A DNA stretch of 64,000 nucleotides from Auanema rhodensis. Taxonomy: Eukaryota; Animalia; Nematoda. Positions 54,661 to 64,000 of the stretch are shown in pieces (within the stretch, counting starts at the first letter, position 1; each line of letters begins with the position of its first letter). The notes beneath the pieces are model-generated. The model did no database searches. It worked only from the letters and a program-made list of their open reading frames with translations, and was not told the DNA's origin. The stretch spans positions 7,316,001 to 7,380,000 of the forward strand of contig OZ059898.1 in the NCBI GenBank assembly GCA_964057225.1. The letters are read 5' to 3'. The translations under genes were made by a program, and so were the position numbers.

Positions 54661-56147
54661 ATGAATAATCCAACATGTGATCTCTTCCCTTGTGGATATA
54701 CTCTTCAAAGATGGATAGGTTATTCGATTTAATCTGCACTGACTGAAACAGAGATTTCAGGCCACTGCTTTAACGGATTGGGGGATGTTTTTCTGGCTAA
54801 ATGTAATGATTCTTCGCGAACAACTATTAAAAGAATTATTGTTGATTGCTTAATTGAGCCTGCCCATGTCATGGTACGTTGAAACAAAAGTTTGGAACAC
54901 TTCTCATGTTTTGAAGAACATTTCGAAGTATGAAAAGTTTATCCGCTCAAAAGCAATGTAGTGTTAATCATTAGTTGATTTCTCTTTCAATGACAGGATG
55001 AAGTCAAAATGCTAAAATCTCTTCGACATCAACATATATTGGAGTTTCATGCCTCATTTGTATATAAAAATGATTTACTTATTGCCACACCAACTTGCAG
55101 CTATGGTTTGCCAACGTTTCATGAACTGATCACCTATATACATTTTAGGATCCGCGCTAGACATTATACTCAGTGTTTACCAACATGGTCTTCCCGAGAA
55201 AGCAATTGCTGTTTTATTAGCTCAATTGCTTAAGGCTGTAAATTATCTACATCAGCAAGATATTGTACATAGGTTTTGAGTTATTTTCCCTTTTAAATGT
55301 ATTATAATTTTTTTTAGATCGATTAGAGCTTCACACCTATTAATCGAAAATAATGGTAATCTTAGACTAACTGGATTCAGGTGTTCGGCTTATTTGCCAA
55401 AGGTATATTACATCTTCAGCATCCATATGATTTTATATTTCAGAATACTCGAAGAAAACTAACAGAATTTGATAAGAGTTTAGAAGGATCATTGTTGTGG
55501 CTTGCACCTGAAGTTCTTGCTCAAGTAGAATCCTTTTTCTTTTTTAGCTAATCATTTTTTAAAGGATTTAAATGGGTACGGAGTGAAATCTGATGTATAC
55601 AGCATAGGAATTACTTTATGTGAATTGGCAAATGGATTTCCACCCTTTTCTGACATGGAACCTCTTCAAATGTTGTACGAGAAGGTATTTCAGATAAATG
55701 CTTGATATCATCTGATTAAGTTTTAACGTTTGTTAATTATAGGGTAGAGGTACGGTACCCAAGTTATTAGATGCTAAAACATTACCTGACAGCGGTTAGT
55801 ATTCATAAATTCACTGAAGCGGAATTATTTCTTGATATTAAGATCATTCTGCTCATGGTAGTCGCGAATTTTCTGAAGCATTTCATGACATCACCGAACA
55901 AAGTCTGAAAGCTAATCAGTATACACGACCCGATGCCTCTTTTCTTCTTCAACACCCTTTTGTTCGAAAATCAAAGAAGACTGTTTTAGAGTATTTACCA
56001 TTGGTGAAGACATTAGAAGAAGTTGAAAAATGTAATCAAAGATCAACATATAATGAATGCATTATCTCTTTTTTTTCAGTTTCTGAGAAAACACCCGTTG
56101 ATGAGGCTGCGATAATTAGTCCTGAATGGTCCTACGAAACTTCATGA
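54661..56147 (+). CDS. strd-1: STE20-related adaptor pseudokinase STRAD
   Basis: Kinase fold with HRSIRASH replacing HRD and LTGF replacing DFG; [33 protein letters not shown]; C-terminal EWSY resembling the WEF MO25-binding motif. Confidence 0.9.
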
Positions 56148-56436
56148 ATTGCTAGTATACCTGCCAGAAGTTCAAAGTTTGATGTTTACTAAATCTTTGT
56201 TAACAATTATCAGACAAAGTTATTGAAGAACTTATTTCATCTCATTTAGCGTATAATGAGGAAAACTCTTGGAAAGATTTTGTGGATAAATTGTTAACGA
56301 AAACGAAAATAAATGCCATCACGTTAATTGATTTATAACAAGAAAGAAAAGGTTATAATTTTGTGGGAAAGTATGATCAACTGGCTAGAACTGAATATTC
56401 ATATTTATGGGAAAATATTAAATTTATTTCAAAATT

Positions 56437-58700
56437 TCAACCATCATCAGCATAGATTACAGTAGATTCCGCTTGAGCTTCACCAAATTCATTTGTAGCC
56501 GTACACTTATATGTTTCTGTGATCGTCTCAGCATCACCTTTTACCAGTAACACCTCCTGTCGCTTCTGAGATGTCAAACATAAATATTTATTATGAAATA
56601 TAACTAATTAATACCCCATAACGACGAAGACTTTTGAAATCTACTTCTTCTCCGTCTTCACCTATTCTGGTCCATCGTATGGATGGTTTAGGGAATCCAC
56701 CGGCACGGCATATAAGCTCAACCAAGTTGCCTGAAACAGTTGTTTTTCTTCTTATAAATAGTTTACAATACCAGCAAGTTCGATACGACTAACAGTGCTG
56801 AACTTTATGTAAGGAGCTTCGTTAACAACACTCTCGTTTGGACAAGACTTTCCTAAAAATAATTCAGTTCAATGGATATAATCAGTTTGAATTGAGTTAT
56901 AATATAAAATTTCATTTGAATAAAAATTAAAATAAGTAATCTAAAAGACGTAGTTTGTTTTAGATCGGTTTAATCTCCATGTTCTTTAACAACGCAGAAC
57001 AAAACAAAACACATGATATTAAAATAGAAAAGAAACTTTCATAATCTGATGTATTGCTGTTTTCACTTTGTAAAGAGTAAAATATTCCAAACTTCTATTC
57101 AAAAATATTCTTGCTACTATGCGAAAGTGGAACTATTCGTGATTTATTTCTCTTCGTAATAAATATATTTTCGAAATTGAAAGGTTTTATATGTTTCTGC
57201 ATGAGCAACAAATCATCTCTTAGATAGAAAGAAATAACTTTTTAGAAATTCAAGATAATCTGTTGCTTCTCAATTGAATAAATCGAGAAAATAATGAGGA
57301 TGATTATATTCATACCTGCTCCAAATGTTACAATGGATGTACTGGAAATGTGTTGACCACAGGGAGTTCGAGCTTCGCAACGATACTGTCCTGCGGTGTT
57401 CACGTTCACACAAGGAATTTTCAGAGCTGAAAGAACTGTTTTATTTCTTAGCAGCTCAATGTATTGAACGAACATGATTGAATTACACTAGTTCCCATCA
57501 CACGACGATTCACTAATAATTCTCCAGATGATGCACGCTGCTCAGATACAAGATTATCACCGTGATACCACAAAATATCAGCCTATACTTTAGTAATTTT
57601 CTTTGTTTTAAATCGAATTTGTACTTGTGGAGTTGCCAGTACACTGCATGTTAAGGTTAACTCTTCTCCCTCTTCTGCAGCGAAATTTTGCGGCTTATTC
57701 TCAAATGATAGAGCTGGAGGTTCCAATAATCCGCTGCACATGAGATAAGGAGCTGGCTGTGGCAAAAGACTTCGTAGAAAATGCATGTAAGGCCGAGGCA
57801 GGATTGCCCGAGGACTCTGAAAGTGAACAGCTCTTTAAATAAGTATGTACTAAATTGTGGGAAGAAGCTGTTCAAAAACCAGAGAAAAAATGAGAAATTA
57901 TGAGCGTTTGTACCCTCGATAATGAACATAAGGCACATATGATAATTCATTGTGCTCACGTAAAACAACGTCATTCGGAAAAAGGATCGCTTCTAATATC
58001 CGTCATTTCTTTCCCTTTCCGTAATTTTAAAATGATGATTGAACGCAATCAGAAAAGAGCAATATGGATTTGTATAATATGCTCGTTAGAATACATTTCA
58101 GAATTTATATGTTAACCTTAAAATAGAATGTATTTTTTTCTTGAAGAAAGTTAAGAAGACAAAGAAATGAAGTCAAAGAAACAAAGTTTATGTTTGGGAC
58201 ATCACCGTGGTGTTGTATGAAAGTCATTTTTCTAATTTTTTGAGTGAAAACATGAATGAAGTTGGTCGGTTTTCAAAATTTATCGTAATCTTTCTTTCAC
58301 AGTATATTCAGTTCAATTATATTCATTTCGCACAAGACAATCGCGAAATATCTTCACATTAGCTATATGAAGTGGAAACCTATTCTTTAAAGTCAACGGA
58401 ATCGACTAGACTATATGTACGAGTACGATTTCAATAATACCGCCAATAAATTATTTTTGCTTACTGAACAACTTTATGAAATTTGTAAACACACTCACAC
58501 ACTCATACAAACACACATATGCCCACATACATGTAGATATATGTACACACATGTAGCCATTTATAGAGGAAATATAGTTTCTTTATGATGAAAATCATAT
58601 TGTTCCCATAAAACAATTAAAAACATACTCGATTCCCAGCTGCTGCCAAGTTGAGGATGCAGAAAAACGTAAAACCAATTATGGTACTGATGTTAGTCAT
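56437..58700 (-). CDS. zig-5: Secreted two-Ig-domain ZIG protein
   Basis: Signal peptide exon MTNISTIIGF...AAAGNR, then HFLRSLLPQPAPYLMC. Ig1 LTLTCSV...W...GQYRCEA; Ig2 ELICRAGGFPKPSIRW...YKCTATNEFG. The zig-5 assignment is from recall. Confidence 0.82.
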
Positions 58701-61700
58701 TTCTAAAAATTATTAATTGTTTACACTATTATATTATATATAAGAATATATTAAATCTTTTAACAAACAATCAACGAATTAAAAAATAAATATAAATAAA
58801 TTTCCAGGAGTAAAAGGAGATCATATTAGAGTTTCGGAAAACTTAACTTTTTTGAACCCGTTATTAAATTTTCAAGCACCAAGCCTAAAATCGCTGATTT
58901 TTCAAATTCTAATAGTTTAAATAAACAAAAACTTAGAAAAAAATTGAATCAAAGGTTCAAATATGTGTATATGTATGCTAATGGAATATAATAATAATTT
59001 ACGAAACAATATCACGATACATTTAACGTTTTGTATGCAAACTTGAAAAAAGTTCGGAGAAAAAAATAATAAACGGAAATGCGGAAATTACATAACATGC
59101 ATAATGAATTATTTTTTTTAATATTCATTCGATTTCAGAGTTATATCCGATTTAGCAGAAACAAAGTATTATATCAAATGAAACTATGAAAAAAATAAGA
59201 ACAAAGAGTATTTGAACTAAAAATAAACGACTAACTCTTGAGCATATGAACAATCACTGTAGATGAAAATAGTTGAATTGCATAAGATCAGAAGATCTTA
59301 AGTGATAAAAAAAGATGAAAAGTGAAAGAGAAAAAAGATTTTTCATATTACATAGGCCATGCGTTGGCGACTGCTGACGACAGAATAGTTTTACTAATAC
59401 CATATTGTGATAATCCTTGTGGAACGTGAGAAAAAGATCAAGATTAGCTATAAATTGTCAAGAAATTATGGAACTCTGATGTCATCTTTAAATAGTGTTT
59501 CTTCACTGAGCTTATGCTATATAAAAGTTAAACATATTCAGCAATTTTCGTGGAAATCGAAAACCTAAGTTATAGTTCAAAATGCAGCTTACTCATTTCT
59601 ACTGCAACTAGATGAGATCAAAGGATTAAAACTAGGAAAAGAAAATTCTAAGTAAAAGTGATGATTCATCAAGAAACAAAGAATAAGGAAGTTCGAGGAA
59701 GTAAATTGACTAATTTTTATTCTGTTAATCAACGTTGATGCTTTTCTTGAGTTTCTCACTGTAAGTCTTTTGCTCTCATAATTTATCTTACTCTCTTTTT
59801 TCTTTTAGAAATTTATATGAAAAAATGCTGGTGGGTGACAAAATGAAAAGAAAGAGTTATAAGCTTTATATGGAATTATAGCCACGCCTCTTTTTTTTTC
59901 TGTCTATTTTCACAAGACGTATGTTTCTTGCAGTATGTTGTTTAAAAATCAAATGAAAAAAAAGGTTACTATACAAAAAAAAGAAAATTAAAATTGTTTT
60001 TTTAATCAAAACAGCTTTGAAATGTTAGTATCAATAACATAAAACAAGAGAGCCAAACTTTATTAAATTGAGTTTCGATTCAAGACAGTAATAAATATTC
60101 TATTTTATAAAAAGAAATATTAAAAACAAATGCGTAACATTCAAATTTTCAAAGAGGGATCAGTAATATGTAAAATTATGTATACATCTCTGTATTTAAT
60201 TATGATCAAGTAATCTAGATAAGTAGAGATAATGAGGCATATGCTCGAGAAGATAATGTTCTCATTGAAATATCGAAATAGATTGAATCGTAAGTTAGCT
60301 AGATAAATGTTGAATGGAGAAGCTGATTTCACTAATAGACTCGAACAAGAACCTATTCTTCAAATATATATTAGACGTGAAGATAGCAAAGTACCATAAT
60401 GTATCTGAGTTGTTAGGAAACAGCTATTTCAAATACTACTACGATTATTCAACTCAATCATATTTTACGTACGCACTTCAGGATGAAGTGAACAGAAAAT
60501 AAGAAATAATATGTTTAGACAGCTAAATTTCTGAACTAGCATGAGATGACACACGAGATCTACATATATTTATATATATACTTGAATATGCTGAAGTTAT
60601 TAAAGAATGCCAAATAAAAATGTTGTTGAAAAGTTCAGTCTTAGATCAATTTAGTTGAATTTTCCGATAGGACTGAAGTATAATTTGAAGCAATATAAAT
60701 ATCAGAGCATAGATACCGATGTTTGAGATCGAATATTCAGGTGTGAGAGAAAACAGAAACAAATTCAATATTTTTTGAAAATCACAGAAGTTGATATTAT
60801 GTACTATGTATGTATATACGTGCATAATATATTTGAAATTAATTCAATTTGCTGAAAAAAATGAGATTTGGATAAAAACAGATAAATGCTCTTTAATTCT
60901 CTTCACTAACTTATTTAATACTCGTAATTTAAAACTTCAATGAAAAAGTGAAAAAATTGATTAAATGGTGTGAAAGAAGATGATGGATGAACCTTCTTGA
61001 ACAGCTGAGTATTTGAGATAACTGCGAGATGGAAGAAAAATATTTATTACTTTCAGGATTTATATGAGTTTTGAATAAGAATGATCAATCTAATATGTAG
61101 ACGTCACAATTATTCAGATGATTGTGGTAGTAGCAATAGTTTGTTGTTTTTTTTTTTGAAAAAAAAAGAAAGCTTTAGAAAAAATTGAAAAATACGTTTG
61201 ATAGTTTGCACAGGGCAAAGCTAGTAAATGAGAAAATGAAAACCGTCTGACTCAAGGTAGGGAAACGGATAAAGCATCCGCTTTCGTTGTAGTAATAACC
61301 GAAAAGCAGAACATGCTCGGGATATCTCACTAGGATTTCCTTACATTTTCCTCAGGCAATTTTAGCGCACATAGTCTTCTGAAAAAATTAAATATTTTCA
61401 AATGTTTAGTGATGTAAACGGAAATAATACCAGAGTTTTCTGTTCTTATGAAAAGATTACAATATTTTTTATACCAGGTTTAGATGAAAAGTTTCGAAAA
61501 TCTGTTGGTGCTGGAATTTTAATATTATATATAAAATTCAACCTGAATTTCGCTCCAAAACTTTTAATTTCAATTTGTGATTTGCAGAACAAACAAAGGA
61601 TTGGTTTGCAATCATTAAAGATTTTCTCATCATTCACAACTTTTTTAGTTTATAAAGATTAAAGTTTAGCATTAGCTTTGTAGCCAACACTACAATAAAC

Positions 61701-62577
61701 TGCTTCGAAAGGAAACATAAACAGCCAATATGAATTTTTTTTTTCAATATTTCAATCAGGTATGGTTGATTTTTTTTTTACAAAAAGGCTATATTTCAAT
61801 CTACCTTCGTAAACTTGGCTATTGAAACGAGAAAAGTGCACAGGATATGACACAAGTGTCTACGATTAGAAAGGTCAGCTGCATGTGGCTAAATCTTTCC
61901 AGATATTCACATCAGCTGTTCTTTGATTTACATTGACATATTAAAGACGTAGTAAAGGTTGAAAGAGCCATATATTAGTATAACATACAATTACTATTCG
62001 ATATAGTAATGTTACAGCCACTATTTGAACAAATCTCTAAAAAAGCATCGTTCATTTAAATTTAAATCAGATCACATGAAAAATATAAAACAAAGGAATG
62101 CATTAGTTTTTCATTTAACTCCATTCATATATACATATTGGAAGTTTGAACATCCAATTTTACTCAAATATTATGCGTAAATATAGCTTTTTCAGAAATG
62201 TATATATTTTTCAAATTAAGATATTCTCCTTCTGGTGTTTGGTTTCTGTTACTTATCAATTGAAACAATATATATGTAAATGGTGTTATTCTCCTAATTC
62301 TCAACATTTAGTTCAGTGATACCCCCAAGAGCTAACATAATCAACAAATTTTTATACAAATTAGTCTTGGCGCGCAAACCTCTTTTAAGCGTTTTCGCAA
62401 TGGAGCGAGTATTTATCATTTACAGTCACTGTGAATTACATTGGGGTCAATATTCCAAATTCAAGGAGTATTTTTCTGAGCTTTGAAGCGGAAGTTCGAG
62501 TTCTTACGTCATTCTTATAAAGAACATACGCTTACGTTTAAGGATTTTTGTCCTTTACCTTTAAAGTAGAGACTGCT

Positions 62578-64000
62578 ATGGTTCGAGTATGCAGGGTTGT
62601 ACCTAAAGAGTGAGACAATTTATTCATATTTTCTATCAGCCTTTACTTTTCATATAGTTTTTTAATCTCCATTTATTTTGTTCAATATGAATAATATCAA
62701 TTATTAACATTTATAGATATATAAAGTGTTTATTATTTATCTGGTATATATGAATATTTTTCAGATGGTCCAAATACAATCCTGTCGGTAATGTGATACC
62801 TCGCACACGTTTTATAGTTTTTAAAACACCATTAAATGATAGTCTACTTACTAGAGTTCCAAGTGCTCAACGTTTCAATGTATCAGGTTTGCTTTGGAAA
62901 GTAAGTCATAATGACAATTATAATCTATATAATACTTTTATTTGCTTTCAGATTGCGGAAAAAAATGGACATCTTGGTTTAGTAATTGATCTCACTGATA
63001 CAGATAGATATTATGACAAAACTGATATTGAGGGGATGTGCATTAAATATACCAAGATAAATTGTCCTGGTCGTGGGTGAGTCCAAATCCAAATGAATCC
63101 AAAATTCAATGGTTATTGTGTTTGCTGTTTAGATTTATCGAAAATGAAGACCACGTTGATGATTTTGTCAAAGCAGTTTCTGAATTTTTACAAGAATCGG
63201 ATGATAAAGGTTTTAAAAGTTTTTATTTGCGTAATTTCGTATTAATTTTCAGAATGCTTAATTGGTGTTCATTGCACCCATGGGGTAAATCGCAGCGGCT
63301 ATTTAATTTGTAGATTTCTTATTGATACTTTAGGATGGTCTTCCCATGAAGCTTTATCAGGTAACCTATAGTCAATATTGCAATAATATATCAATAAAAT
63401 ATTTCCAGCATTTGAGGAAGCTCGGGGACATCCAATTTCTAATGGTTCTTATGTACAGGCACTTCATAAAGCTTCTATGCGGAGAATGTACCTTATTAGT
63501 TTTGCAACTTTCTTGTAAAATAGTACTTTAGAAATGATTCTGAGAGTGATGATAGTTCAAGAAAAAAAAAGAAAAAACAGAAACGAAAACGTGATAGAAA
63601 AGAACACGATGATTCTAGACACTTGGGCAGTATGATGCAGCAGTTTATCGGCCAAATTGAAGAACAGGCATTTTTTTTTTCATTTTTATTTGAAACATAT
63701 TACGTTTAAAGGCACAAGTATTGGAGTCAAATTCCGGGTTTGATTCTTCTGCTGCAATAGCAAGTGGTTATATTGAGTCTTCTCATCATCACTGGGCATT
63801 CCAACAACCTAAGGTTTTGAATTATTATTATTTTTTCTATTTGTTTTTTAGCGACATAGAGCTGAGGGATCGGAACAAGCAGTTGATGAGGGAGCCGAAG
63901 AAGAAATCGTGGATTATGCTGATGAAGTATGTAAAAATGTATTATTAAAGTTATGAATTTATTTTTTTAGGCTGAGGAAGGTGAATATGCTGATGATGCC
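62578..64000 (+). CDS. pir-2: DUSP11/PIR1-type RNA 5'-phosphatase (C. elegans F54C8.4-like), truncated by window end
   Basis: MVRVCRVVPK.WSKYNPVGNVIPRTRFIVFKTP, LGLVIDLTDTDRYYD, active site VHCTHGVNRSGY, basic NLS-like RKKKKKQKRKR. No guanylyltransferase domain follows within the window. Confidence 0.85.

Noticed and set aside
61272-61318. Imperfect hairpin as a pre-miRNA
   Set aside because: About 45 nt with several bulges and no known seed.
62578-64000. mRNA capping enzyme cel-1
   Set aside because: The N-terminus and basic/acidic tail fit the stand-alone F54C8.4/pir-2 phosphatase; no guanylyltransferase motifs are visible.

Overview
AT-rich eukaryotic DNA from a rhabditid (clade V) nematode, judged from TTTCAG/TTTAG acceptors just upstream of ATGs, 40-47 nt introns and clear C. 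elegans-like proteins. An Auanema-type compact genome is only a guess. The window has two compartments. Left (1 to ~35.9 kb) is very AT-rich and gene-sparse with strand-biased (GA)n and (TA)n microsatellites. It holds a neuropeptide-like precursor, a small secreted protein, a vWA-vWA-C-type lectin, a secreted protein whose 2.8-kb first intron appears to contain an antisense nested gene, and a tachykinin-receptor-like GPCR (tkr-1). Right (~36 to 64 kb) is gene-dense: cdc-45 (with an antisense TMEM60-like gene in intron 2), rbm-26, then a co-oriented operon-like run (MOSPD2-like, rpl-23, LSM12, EEF1AKMT1, Roquin/rle-1, STRAD/strd-1), zig-5 and a DUSP11-type RNA phosphatase (pir-2) cut off by the window end. 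Most notable signals: six GC-AG introns plus many AAG acceptors and degenerate donors (relaxed splice code), a perfect Py-Pu-Py tri-loop hairpin (CDE-like) in the Roquin gene's own 3' region, a textbook Ur element, a candidate poison acceptor in the MOSPD2-like gene, and two nested genes. All gene models were spliced by hand, and orthology calls rest on recalled sequences, not searches.
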